Source of the DNA: Geosiphon pyriformis uo1
Taxonomy: Eukaryota > Fungi > Glomeromycota
Assembly: GCA_016748015.1 (NCBI GenBank)
Contig: JAAOMT010000008.1
Coordinates: 61,129 to 108,164 of the forward strand
Direction: 5' to 3'
Length of the DNA: 47,036 bases
Shown: one piece after another, positions 23,081-36,012 of the stretch
Layout of the letters: each line of letters starts with the position of its first letter
Numbering within the stretch: position 1 is the stretch's first letter
Notes under the pieces: model-generated
The model's database searches: none
Seen by the model: the letters and a program-made list of their open reading frames with translations, nothing else
Told to the model about the DNA's origin: nothing
Made by a program: the position numbers and the translations under genes

Positions 23081-24683
23081 TATTACTCATAGAACATAGA
23101 GAATATATTAACATATAAATTAGCCAATTAATAGTAGTCATAGTAAATGTGGAATTTTAGGATTCTTCTCAAAAGGAATTACAAGATTCCAGGAATTTCA
23201 GGATTCTTGATGTGAACAATTAAGGAATTAAGAAATCTCAATTATGTATATATAGCAGTAGTACTAAAGGTAAAAAAGACAGAATCCTTTAGTTAGAAAC
23301 CTCTTAGTTTAGATCTAATCTAAGTAGCCTTTCACATCACAAATATTAATAAATAATTATTTACTATCGCAAATCTACTTCCCACTATTAACATTTTATG
23401 TTGACAGTAATTGACACTTAACTACACTGAAACAATAGCTCTTGATCATGGCTATTGACAGGATACTAACATTCATTGCCATGGCTTATTTCTCTTTTAT
23501 TTTGTTATTTCTTTGTTTTACTAATTAATTGAAGATTAAGCACTAAATTATTAATGTCAAGAATAGCCTGGTAAAAGACCTCAAAGGAAAGAGTATAGGA
23601 ATTAAGAATTTAAGGATAGTGTTACTCATAAAATATAGGAAGTATATATTAGCATAAATTAGCCAATCAGAAGTAGTCATAGTAAATATGGAATTCTAGG
23701 ATTCCTTTCAAGAGGAATCACAGGATTCCAAGAATTTCAGGATTCTCGTACAAAGAATCACAGGATTCCAGAATTCCAGGATTTCTGGTGTGAAGAATTG
23801 AAGAATTGAAGAATCTCAATTATGTATATATAGCAGTAATGCTAGAAGTAGAAAAGACAGAATTCCTTAATTAGAAAACCTTCCATTCCAAAAATATTAA
23901 TAAATAATTATTCATCATCTCAATTTACTCTCCACTATTAACACTCCATGTTGATAGTAATCAATACTTAATCACACTGGAACAATAGCTCTTGATCACA
24001 GCTATTGACAGAATACTAACTTGTAATTGCTTTTATTCATTTCTTTATCTTCTTTATTTTTTTTTATTTTCTTTTGTTATTTTATTGATTTTACTAAATT
24101 GATTAAGAATTAAGTGCTGAGATACAGACATTATAGGAACTGGTAAAAAACCCATGAAACAAGGGTAGAACACTCATAGATTTGAGGATAACTTACCAAG
24201 AGGATTACTGGTCATGACGCTGAGAAAAAAATTTGATGAAACTGGCATTTCAGAAAGCTATAGATAAAACCATCAATTATATCTCTGTTCATTATACAAA
24301 GAACTCAACAAAAAACCTTTCAGATAACAACACCTTTAGATATTATCAACAACTTTATCAATTGAGCACCAAGTTACAGATTTGTTATTGATTCGAAACT
24401 CCAAATAATCACCCATAACAATAGCTTACCAGAAGGGCATCTCTGCCAAGATTACCAGCCACCACACTAAGAAAGAAATTCAATGGAATTGCGATTCCGG
24501 GAGACTACTGAAAACAGCTATTAAATCTCTGTCTATTATACAAGAAACTCTACAACAAATCTTCAAATATCCAAAACATTAAGATACAAACAACCTACAG
24601 ATATTAGCAACACCATTCATCAATTGAGCACCAAGTTACAGATTTGTTATTTGATTTGAAACCCCAAATAATCATCTGTAACA
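23081..24683 (+). repeat. 3' LTR of LTR-B, split by solo LTR-C
   Basis: 23081-23619 and 24425-24683 rejoin to 798 bp matching the 5' LTR. Confidence 0.93.
23620..24420 (+). mobile_element. Solo LTR-C (801 bp) of a B-related family
   Basis: TGTTAC...ATAACA, perfect TSD ATAG (23616-23619 / 24421-24424), no internal sequence. Confidence 0.92.
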
Positions 24684-24687
24684 CCAT

Positions 24688-27600
24688 TACAAAAGATATC
24701 ATTCTGGCTATTATATTTTCTTTCGACATAAACAGCCTGGAAACAATCAATCTTTTTAGTAAAGCTGTTATCAATTAAAACAAACCAATAATAGCTATGT
24801 ACGCTGATATCAGAGTTGAAAACATAGACATTAAACTAATTCTCAACAGTGGATCTACAGGTAGTATAATTACAAAACAACTTATAGACCAATTAGATTG
24901 CCAAGTAGATCAAGTGGCTATTGTTTATATTATTACAGCATATAAAAACACTAAAACTCTCATTGGAGAAATTGATAATTTTCTCTTTAAATTTAGCAGA
25001 ATATAAATATCTACTAAAGTTCTCATCATGGAAGCCACATAATACCAGGCCCTTATAGAAAATAACTGGTTAACTAAAGCTTATATTATGCTGGACTGGA
25101 ATACCCAGAAAATTCAAATCACCTTTAACAGGTGCCATGCCAGAGTACCAGCCATATATGAACACTTCAAAATAGAAACTTTAGAACAACTCTTAATCAA
25201 ATTTAAAGAACTCATTAATCAGCCAATCTTAAAAACCTATCAAGTTTTCTGGACTAATAACTACAGAACAGAGTTATCACCACTTCCCAGTTAGAAAGAA
25301 AAAAACAAAAAAAAAGTTAAAGAAAAACTTCAGTTAATGTTAACAGTATATAAAGTTCCAAATCAAAAACATCAAAACTATTGATTCCCAAAACTAATCT
25401 GTGTTAATTGTAAAAAAAAGCTATCTTTTATAGACACATGTATTGGAGATAATGAAAAATGACCCACTGCCACCAAATATTATTGTAGATCTTGTGTATT
25501 AAAAAAATTTAAATGACCAAAACAACAAGATAAATGGAAATATACATTATGTTTCACATGTGGAGAAATCCTGCCAGATGAAGAATTTTGAAATAATATA
25601 CTTGGCAGAAAAGAAACATACAATAAAGCATGTTAATACACAATTTTGATCAATAATTGGATACAAAAAAAAACTTTAATTAAAGATATCTGGAGATAGA
25701 CACTAATATAATTGAAGAATTATTCACATAATAAGCATAAAATCTGGAGAATAGCAAGTGCAAAAGCTAAAGATATTACACTCCATGAAATATGAGAAAT
25801 TAATAAGAACTTATTTATGCCTGAATATAATAAACTTAATTATGTCACAAATAATTTTTTTACAGATAATCTGGATGCATTTTAAGATCAATTAGGAACT
25901 GGCTTCTATTTGAAAAGAATAAAAACAAAGACTAGCTGATCTTAATACAAAGCTGTATAATTATTGTCTGATCTTATGCTATTTTCAGTATTGCAATGAG
26001 TGTAATCTCCTATTCAATCCACTTTTAAAAATATTATATCCTATTACAAAATTAACAAAATCCAAAAAAAAATATGAATTATCTATCAAGGACATATTAT
26101 TTCAAGAGTTAAAGAAAACTACCAAAGTAAAACAATACCTTACTTATTCTGATCTTTCCAAAGAATTAGAATTAAAGTGGTATAGTAACAATAATAAAGA
26201 AATATGTTCTGAAAAAGCATATAACATTGATGCTAGTTTTGATTTAAGATACTCTGAAAATTTATCTGTAATAATAGTCTCACACTTCCTTGTAGCAATA
26301 GATCTTAAAATAGCATTAGAAATTTCTGTTAGTACAATAGTACAAGTAGTATTTAGATCTAATCTTGCAAAGAAAAAAATCAATGTAAAAAGAGGAATCA
26401 TTAATGCCAGTTATATTAGAAACATTATTATAATACTACAAAACAATTCAGATAGATTCTACAAAATAGAATCACAAAAAAAGATTGTTCAAGCTATCTT
26501 TCTATTCTTTGTGAAAATATTACAACTAGCTTCAGTTACAACATGAAAAAAGTTGGGTCTTACTGCCCAAAGAATCAATAAGTTTGGATCAAATGCATGA
26601 AAAAACATACTAGTTAATTTTATAGAAAAAAACAGTAATCAAATAAAACTTATCTACACTAATACAGTTATCTTTATCTCTTTATATAGATAATATATTC
26701 TTAAAGTAGATTGAAAAATCCAGAATCAAGTCATATTATTCAAAGCCAACCCCAAGATCTGTTTTTTAGCCAATGTAACCAATCTGTATATACCAATTAA
26801 AGCTTATAACCATTTAAAAATTTCTATCTACAATTACATAGAAAATACCATCAAAATCCTAGAAGAAACTCTTATTGGTTTCATATCTCCAGACATTTAG
26901 AATCCAGAAAAACTTCAACCTATTTCAGACTTTGCACAATTATTTTGATTTTGTGACATTATTTTACAAGTATGAGACCTGTTAAAAAAAAGTTATCTGT
27001 TTACACCAGAAAAATCAACAAACTAAACTTGAAAAACTTGAGCATGTTACAACAGATACAACTCAAAGTTCTGCTAAACTAATATGCCAATGTTTTTGCC
27101 AACAAAAATGAATTTAGATGTACTAATATCATGAAACACCAGATTAACATAAAAAACACTCGACCTATTAAACAATAGATCTACTAAGTACTCCTATTCA
27201 GCAATAATCTAATTAAGCAAGAAGTACAACAAATGTTTGACAACAGTCTGATCAAAAAATTATGAAATCTTTGGTTCTTTTCAGTTGTATTAGTCATAAA
27301 GAAAAATGGGAAGATAAGGTTCTGCATGGACTATTGAAAACTAAATAGTGTCATTTAAGAAGATAATTATTTCACTTCTCTTATTTAAGAAATTCTAAAC
27401 AATTTGGGAAATAAAAAATAGTTCTCATTATTAGACTTTGCCAGTGGATATTGCCAAGTCAAAATAGATTCAAAGAACAAAAAAAAAATAGCATTTACTA
27501 TACAAGATGAGAATTTTGAGTTTAATATGATGTTTTTTGGGTTTTGTAATGCTCCCACTACTTTTCAGTGGCTAATAAATATTGTATATAGAGAAATCCT

Positions 27601-27992
27601 GTGAAAATCAGTCATAGTATATTTGAATGATATTAATGTGTTTTCTGAAACTTTCAATGATTATCTACTCTATTTCCAACAAGTTTTTAAGCACTTCTAA
27701 GACACAAAACTAAAATTCAACCCTAGATAAATGCTTCTTTGAAAAGAAAAAACTAAAATTTTTAGAACATTTGATTGGCAAAGATAAAGTCAAATTTGAT
27801 CCAAACAAAGTACAAAAAGTTAGAGATTTTTTAGTCCCAACTAACTTATGAAAACTGAGAAGATTCTTAGAACTGACTGAATACTATTATCAGTTTATTA
27901 AAGAATTCTCAGATATCACCAAACTTTTTCACCACTTACTGTTAAAACATGTATCATATCTCTAAAAAAAAAAACAACAAAAAGCATTTGAT
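24688..27992 (+). pseudogene. pol: LTR-0 pol: protease, Cys-rich domain, dUTPase (~26165-26600) and RT, truncated at the RT-RH tether
   Basis: KLILNSGSTGSIIT; CVNC..CRSC..CFTC..CNEC; DASFDL, RSNL, GIINASY, KIVQ; LDFASGYCQV, FGFCNAPTTFQ, YLND (27620-27631); ends ..QQKAFD. Confidence 0.9.
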
Positions 27993-29795
27993 TATACTAC
28001 ACAACTATATTAACTATAATTTTGCTAGCAGCACCAGCAAAAAACAGACAGCCAACACTTAGACCAAAATTGGTGGCATGATCTTTCTCAATTCTTAGCA
28101 AATAAGCAACACTACTTGAAATCTTAATAGAAAGACCCCAAACAATATTATATACAGATTCATTGACATGTATCAATTCTTGACACTTTATATCAGTCCA
28201 AAGTTTTAAATTAAGCATTCAGATTTACTTCCTATGGCCAGTAACCACATCCCAAACAAACTTAATTAGATTATATGTCATGAACTTAGTATTTTCAAAA
28301 GAGGTCTTAGTTTCTACCAACCAATTCTCAAATATGAACCCCTTGTATAAAATTGTATAAAGTCTAACATCAGAAGCAGATAAAGCTAAAGATTGAAAAA
28401 CCACAGATAATAACAAGATTGTACTAGTTAGAGACTTCCAAAAAGAGGAATGCTTGCTCAATAAGCCTTAATACATCAAAAAGTCTAAGCCATAAACAAA
28501 ACTATGATCTGAAAAATTTACCTCCTTACAATACACACACAAAACACTAGGATAGCTGCTATTATACAAGCACTTTCTAACAGCCACAAACAGCCTTCTG
28601 TGCAAAGCTTTTATCAAATATGTGTACAAGCCAAAAGTGGCTTTGCTTGTATATCTAGTGAACATATAGGAATCAGAGTGCCAGACTGAAGCAGTACAAA
28701 CCCAATTAATGTTACCAACTTGTAAATAATTCATAACACTCAAACCTGGTTTAAATTCCCATCGAAAATGCCTAACAGTATCATTTGTTGTTTTAACAAA
28801 ACAATATGCATTGCCAGAAATTCTTACCATCTGCCATCAAAAATTTTTCCTTGACATTTGCTGAAAAAACAAGCCCCAATGTGGTGGTCAGATTAGCCAA
28901 CCTATTAGCATACTCATTACCCAATACACCAGAATGACCCTTTACTTTTGCTCAAGTAACAAAAATATTTCTACATTTGACTAAATTGCTAATATGATAG
29001 TGCTCTATCCAGCACCTGTTGTGAAAATCAGGAGCCACCAATTTCAATTTAGTCTGACAAGCATCTAAAAAAGCCTAACTGTCAGAAAAAACTGTAACTT
29101 TAGAAAAAGCCAGAATATACTTAAGAGTCAAAGCAACAGTCTGTATTTCAGCCAAGATAGATGATAACAAACCATAAACCTCCACTTTTACATGCAAACT
29201 CAGATCAGAAAAATAGGTGGCAGTCCCTCTAGCAGTACTAGATGTACCAAAGTTTTTAACAAAACCATTAACATAAATCAAGATCTCAGGCAAAAAAGCA
29301 TTTTTCAAACTAGAGTAAATAACACCAATACTGTCTGTATTAGAAATATTTTGATTGGAATAGTGTCTAAAAATAGAAAGAGGACCTTTGACCAGACCAC
29401 CATCTTTAACAAACTCTGAAATTAGTGTGAATCAAATGAAGACTGAACTTTTAGAATCCAATCATTTCCAACAACAAAAATTCTTTTAATTAAAACATTC
29501 ACCATGGTTGTTCAAAAACTGATCCACAAAAATAATCTCAAATTGCTTCAGTAATCTGCAAAACTGAAGATATAGTGACTGACCTAAAATATCCAAAACA
29601 GAAAAGCTATGCTTAAGACAAAAAGCATTGGACGAGTCATTGACCAAGAAAATCTCATTACACAAAAAAATTTTAGTAACACTAACCAAGAAATTGTTTA
29701 CTAAATTAACCATTAACTTAACAAAAAACTGAAAAGAGTTTCGAAGTATCTAGCCCAAAACTTGCAAATTCATTGACTTATGTTCAAAAAGCTGA

Positions 29796-30775
29796 TGTTA
29801 TTCATAAAATATAGGAAGTATATTAGAATATAAATTAGCCAATCAGAAAGAGATGTAGTAAATGTGAAATTCCAGAATTCCTCTCAAAGAAATTGCAAAA
29901 TTCCAGGAATTTCAGAATTTTCATATGAAAAATTGCAGGATTTCAGAATTCCAAGATTCCTGTATGAGAAATTGCAGAATTCCAGGAATTTCAGAATTCC
30001 TGGCTAGAAAATTGAGGAATTTAAGAAATCTTATATAATATAAATTATATATATATAGTAAGAGTATTAAAAGCAAAAAAAGCAATACCAAGAGAATTCA
30101 AGAATTCTAGGAGAATTCAATAGAGTTTTATTAATTTAGAACAATTTTTTTTCTTCTCTATTTATTAACTCTTATTTCAAGAATAGTTGCTATCAACCGA
30201 AATAAAATTATATAAATAAAAGATCTCTCCAATTCTTCAAATCCATGTTATTGTTTTTTGTTTGAAAATATAATCACTCTTCTATTTATCAACACTTTAT
30301 GTTAATAAAATCCAACACTTAACTATATTAGAACAATAGCTCTTGATCACAGCTATTAACGGAATACTAATTTTTTCTTTTCTTTTTATTTTTTTTTATT
30401 TTTTTTTATTTTTTTTTCTTTTGTTTGTTGATTTACTACTGATTAAAGAGATTAAGCACTGAGTAATTGACATTAAGGATAGCTTGGTAAAAGACCCAAA
30501 AATAAGGGTAGAATTATATATATTAATAGATAGCTTACCAGAAGGGCATGACTGCCAGATTAAACCAGCCACCATGCTGAAAACAGAAATTGGGAAAATG
30601 ACTTGAAAAATCAACCAAAACCAACCATAGTGAATCTCTGTCCATTATACAAAAAACTCAACCAAAACCTTCAGATCAACAAAATCTTCAGATATTACCA
30701 ACAACATTATATTAATTAAGCACCAAGTTACAAGTTTGTTATTTGATTTGAAATCCCAAATAATCATCTATAACA
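29796..30775 (+). repeat. 5' LTR of LTR-D
   Basis: Direct repeat of 32124-33108; related to the B/C LTRs. Confidence 0.95.
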
Positions 30776-30911
30776 TTTGGTGCTTCTTGTGAGATATAAT
30801 CCAACAGAAAACCAGCACCAGCAACAACTATATAAGAAAGTGGCAGACCAAGAGAAAACAAAAAAAAATCACTTAAAATTTGCAAAATCCTTATTTTACC
30901 ATTACCTTTGA

Positions 30912-31530
30912 AAAACTCATTAAACCTCATTAAATTAAAACTCCAATTATTTAAGACCCAATTATTAAAATCCTGAACATTCGAAAATTACTGTTGATAA
31001 ATTTGTTAAAAACTTGTTAAATTAAAACTTCATTTATTCAAAACCTGATTGTTAAAACTCTGAACATTTGAAACTTATTTTTGATAAATTTGTTAAATTA
31101 AAACTTTGATTATTCAAGACCTAATCATTAAAACTTTGAACATTTGAAAATTACCATTGATAAATTTGTTAAAAACTCATTAAATTAAAACTCTGATTAT
31201 TTAAGACTCAATTATTAAAACCCCAAACATTCAAAAATTACCATTGATAAATTTGTTAAAACTCATTAAATTAAAACTTTGTTTATTCAAAACCTGATCA
31301 TTAAAACCCTGAACATTTGAAACTTATCTTTAATAAACTTGTTAAAACTTGTTAAAACTCCAATTATTCAAGACCCAATTATTCAAAAAACCCAAACATT
31401 CAAAACCTGATAATTTCAACTCTGCTATTATACAAAAAAACTTATTGTCAATAAAACTCATTAAACCTTTAGCAATTCAAACTCTGGGAATTATTAAAAA
31501 ACCCAAACATTCGAAGTCCAATAAATTCCA
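30912..31530 (+). repeat. Tandem array, ~6 degenerate copies of a ~76-88-bp unit, inside LTR-D
   Basis: Recurring ...aaattaaaact...ttattYaagac...ttaaaac.c..aacattYgaaa.ttac..ttgataaatttgtt. Confidence 0.8.
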
Positions 31531-31659
31531 AATCCCACTATCATACAAGGAAATTTATCTTTGATAGCCCAATAAAACTTAATTTTCACAGTACCAATAA
31601 ATCAGCAAAACTCACTTGATGGCTCTAAGTCAGAATATTAGAATATAGTTACAATCCAC

Positions 31660-32075
31660 TTCCATGTATCATATATTCGAAGAAGAGCCAATCAGCAAGA
31701 ACAAATGAGAATTGAAATCAGAACTTAATTCTAATTCAAACTGCACTAATAATAACAATAATTCAAACTCCACTGATAACAACAACAATTCAAACTTTAC
31801 TAAATGACAACAATGATTCAAACTTTGCCAACAACAATTCAAATTCTGCTTCAAACACTAAACAATATATCATGCTTTTAGATCTTACAATAGAGCAAAA
31901 ATTAACTAAATTCAGTAATAATAATGAAGGCATTATGTCTGAACATGTACATAATACAGATGCAAGATTTGAATGTAGATATTCTGAACAGACCACTATA
32001 GTTAAAAACTCCAGTCATGTATAAAATTAGATTTACAAATAGCAATAGAAATTACAGCAACAACATTAATACAAA
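31660..32075 (+). pseudogene. Remnant of the pre-dUTPase linker and N-terminal dUTPase in LTR-D
   Basis: QYIMLLDLTIEQKLTKFSNNNEGIMSEHVHNTDARF..LDLQIAIEITATTLIQ aligns with LTR-B 18670-18880. Confidence 0.8.
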
Positions 32076-32123
32076 AAAAATTTAGAAGATTTTGCAGGAG
32101 CTCAATATTAAAAGAGGGAATAA

Positions 32124-33108
32124 TGTTATTCATAGAATATAAGAAGTATATTAGCATATAAATTAACCAATCAAAAGGAGATATAATAAATGTGGAATTC
32201 CAGAATTTCTCTTAGAGGAATTGCAGAATTCCAGAAATTTTAGGATTCTCATATGAGAAATTGCAAGATTCCAGAATTCTAAGATTTCTGTATAAGGAAT
32301 TGCAGGATTTCTGGAATTTCAGGATTTCTAGCTAGAGAATTGAGGAATTCAAGAAATCTTATATAACATAAATTATATATATATAGTGAGAGTATTAAAA
32401 GCAGAAAAAACAATTTCAGAAGAATTCAATAGAGTTTTATTAATTTAGAACAATCCTCTTTCTTCTCTATTTATTAATTCTTATTTCAAAGATAGTTGCT
32501 ATCAACCAAAATATAATTATATAAATAAAAAATTTCTCCAATTCTTCAAATCTATGTTATTGTTGTTTGTTTGAAAATATAATTACTCTTCTATTTATCA
32601 ATACTTTATGTTAATAAAATCCAATACTTAATCATACTAGAACAATAGTTTTCGATTACAGCTATTGACAGAATACTAATTTCTTATTTTTTTTTCATTT
32701 TTTTTTCATTTTTCATTTATTTTCTTTTATTTTTTTTTCTTTTATTTTTTTTTTTGTTTGTTGATTTACTACTGATTAAAGAAATTAAGCACTGAATAAT
32801 TAATGTCAAAGATAGTCTGGTAAAAGACCCAGAAATAAGGGTAGAATTATATATATTAATGGATAGCTTATCAGAAGAGCACGACTATCAGATTAAACCA
32901 GCCACCACACTGAAAACAGAAATTAAAAAAACAACTTGAGAAATCAACTAAAACCAACCATAATGAATCTCTGTTCATTATACAAAAAACTCAACCAAAA
33001 CCTTCAGATCAACAAAATTTTCAGATATTACCAACAACATTATATCAATTAAGCACCAAGTTACAGGTTTGTTATTTGATTTAAGACCCCAAATAATTAT
33101 CTGTAACA
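32124..33108 (+). repeat. 3' LTR of LTR-D
   Basis: Direct repeat of 29796-30775, preceded by the PPT. Confidence 0.95.
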
Positions 33109-36012
33109 CTGACCTATGTTCAAAAAGCTGATCCATTATTTCTTTATTATTAACAAACTGCAATACTAATGTCATTTTTTTCTCTGTTTGAACTTGCTCG
33201 AAAGGTTTCAAATTGTACAAAGATGGATAGTGCACAGCCTCATTAAGAAAATCTTTAGACAAATTGGCTTTAGACTTTAGCTTCTTTCTAATTATATGAT
33301 CTCATTTCTTACATGTGTCCTAATTGATGAAACTAAACTGAGTTTTGTATTCAATTATAAGCTGTAAAACAACCAAAACTAAATAAGAGAACTGCTTGTC
33401 TGAGATAGCTTTATGTAAAATTATGGATAAAAAAAACTTCACATCCAAATTTGCTTTCTTCAAACTTGGACCAGAAAGACTTTTAGTTGACAGAAAAATG
33501 CCCAAATACTAATAAGCCTCACCAGTCTTTGCAATTAAAATTGGAGATCCACTAACTTCCAAAAAAATATTACTGGTCTTCAGGTTGATAGGAATAATAA
33601 CTGTTTTATCTGTGTTAATCAATATATCTAATAAATCAAAAAACTTGCTAGTAATATTCAAAATGTTCTGTGTTGCTGTGTGACAATTGCCAACCCAAAT
33701 GGTATCATCCACAAAAGTGCCAGCAGCCAAATATAAAATCAGATCAGTGTTTAACTCAATTCTGCCTATTTTGGCCACAAATTTAGAATCAACTTGATAC
33801 CCAAAAAGCAATTCATGCTTCTTGACTTTACACAATAAAAAATCGTAAAAGATTCTCCACAGAAGAGAAAAAACTTCATTCTGGTCCAGACTATCATGAA
33901 CTCTGTAACTTTTAGACAAGCCAAAGTCTATCATAACCCTATTCATGCAGCTATTGTAAATATGGCCAAAAAATTTAACAAACTTTTCACACATCTTAAT
34001 TTTCTCCAGACTCTTTTTCAAATGCAACTAGTCTACAAAATTGTAAGCCTTGTGTATGTTCTAAAGAACCAACCAGATTTTTCTGCCTTTTCTCAAAGCA
34101 TCTTTTACAACAAATCTTACCACAAAGATAGGAGATTGAGTAGAAATGCCCCTCAAAACTGAAAAATTATTATTATGCAGAACATTATGTGTATTGTAAA
34201 TCTTCAAAATATGATCAGACAGAATTTTTAAGAGAATTTTCTTAGCAGTCTCAATAAGAACAATAAGTCTGGTGTTCATTAAAACTTTTTCCCACTTATA
34301 AGATTTCAGAATTATTAATACCCAGACTTCTTTCTAAACATTAGGAATGAATTTACATACTAAATACAAGTTGAATAAACAGAGAAGAATGACCAGAACA
34401 AACTTGTTATAGTGCTTCCACAATTCATTAAAGATATCAGACAATCCAGCAGCTTTGCCATTTGGAAGATTCTTGATTACTGACAAGAACTTATCGGAAT
34501 CAATTTGCTTCATCACACCAGAAAACACATCATTATTAACATAATCAAGAAATGCAAATTGTCTTTGCCAATGGGAAGGAATAAAAAATTTAACTGTGTG
34601 CTTTCTGGTCCAATTTTCTATAATTGAATCCACTTTGTCTTTGACCAAGTCTGGCTCTAAAACCAAATCTTCATTATTAACCAAATAATCCAATATAACT
34701 TTTCTAAAAGACTTTTTCAACACACTCCTGATCATTTGACCCTTATTGTTTACAAAAGCTTCTATATGCTTAGCAATAACTGCTCTAATTTAAAAATCTT
34801 CAGTTGCTTTGGAATCTGAAAACTTATGAGATCTATAGAATTTCTTAGAACATGTTAGTAATTGTTCAATCAACACTTTGTCATAACCAATATCCAAAAA
34901 TCTCTTGAATTTCACAGTCTGGTTAAAGTCCAAGTCAACCCATTTATTGACCAAAACCTGAAATTTTCCCAAATTTCCTAACTTATATGCTTCTAAAATT
35001 TTTGCCACCAACAGTTTTAACTTGTGAAATCTAGAAGATACAGCAGATTTAACCAACCCACCATCCTTAGATCATGTTTTCATTAAAGTGGCTTTCACTA
35101 CAAAGCACACCACTTGATAAAGCAGTGTCCATATTCCATTAATGTCACCTTTGTTTTTGTAATATTTAAAGCTGTCAGCAGTTATTAAAGCAGTAGCCAA
35201 AGACAAATTCCTAAACTTCTTTCAAACTTCCTTACTAATGTTGCTGACTTTGTATTTCCACTTATCTTTTGTAGTCTGTTTGCATACTAAATTAAGCTGA
35301 GAACTGGGAAGGCCCCCCAAACCAATGTCCACTGCCATGACCAAATGATCAGAATCAAAGAATTCAACTAGACAATAAATCTGTTGGTTGAAAGAAAAAC
35401 TGCAAAGACTATTACTAATTAGAATAAAATCTATACACTTTTGAACACCTCTTGAATTAGACCATATGAAAAGCTTGTGCAAAAAAGAACCTCGTAAAGA
35501 ATTAAGCAAACTCAGGTCCAAAAATTTCTTAAAGCTTACACTGTGGCCAGAATTATTCTCATTAAAGTCTCCACCAAAAACAACAAAAGTACTGTTATTT
35601 AAAGTCTTAGCCACTATTAAATTGACAACATGTAAATAAGCCAGTCTCTTTTTCAAAGTAGCACCCATGTATAAGCCCAAAATTGTCATTGAGAGTTTGT
35701 TCTTGAAAAGTAACTTCACAGAAATGAGTCGACCTAGCACTTTAGAAACTTTATACACATGCTGTGCTAGAGAAACATTTATAATTATGGCTATGTCTGA
35801 ATCCAAGTAACCAAACTCCAAACCAGAAGTAAACACTCAGACACTATCAAACTTATTCATGATCCATGGATGAACTTTGTTTCTCAACTTTGTTTCAGTA
35901 ACCACAGAAATCATGTTGCCTATATCTTTATGCCAGCAAATAATATTTTCCTATTTGGTAGGATTGTTCATGCCTCTGATATTACACATAGCTACTTTTC
36001 ACATCAAATCAT

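Larger units (their letters stand above)
13867..24683 (+). mobile_element. LTR-B: full-length, decayed Ty3/gypsy element with dUTPase and 3' extra ORF (best-preserved copy)
   Basis: TGTTAC...GTAACA termini, perfect 4-bp TSD CCAT (13863-13866 / 24684-24687), PBS, purine tract at 23064-23077, and a full domain set. Confidence 0.96.
964..27992 (+). mobile_element. LTR-0: outer Ty3/gypsy LTR retrotransposon in three pieces (1967-2126, 11882-13866, 24684-~27992); RNase H, integrase and 3' LTR are missing
   Basis: Coding homology resumes across both nested insertions: ...QDLGIPLKA|I..(F)C*YLQAKINCLLG... and ...ILFVT|ITKDIILAIIFSFD.... It has a 5' LTR and PBS, followed by gag, PR, dUTPase and RT in gypsy order. 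Confidence 0.85.
29796..33108 (+). mobile_element. LTR-D: non-autonomous, internally deleted LTR element (two ~980-bp LTRs, 1.35-kb core)
   Basis: LTRs at 29796-30775 and 32124-33108 (TGTTA...TAACA), PBS TGGTGCTTCTTGTGAG at 30778, PPT AAAAGAGGGAA at 32110-32120. No RT or IN. Confidence 0.93.

Noticed and set aside
30912-31530. Regularly spaced repeats as a CRISPR or retron-like array
   Set aside because: Whole units are degenerate copies with no unique spacers and no cas genes; the array lies inside a eukaryotic LTR element.
29192-34162. Plus-strand ORFs 29192-29419 and 33896-34162
   Set aside because: Both are antisense to LINE-b ORF2 and have no independent support.
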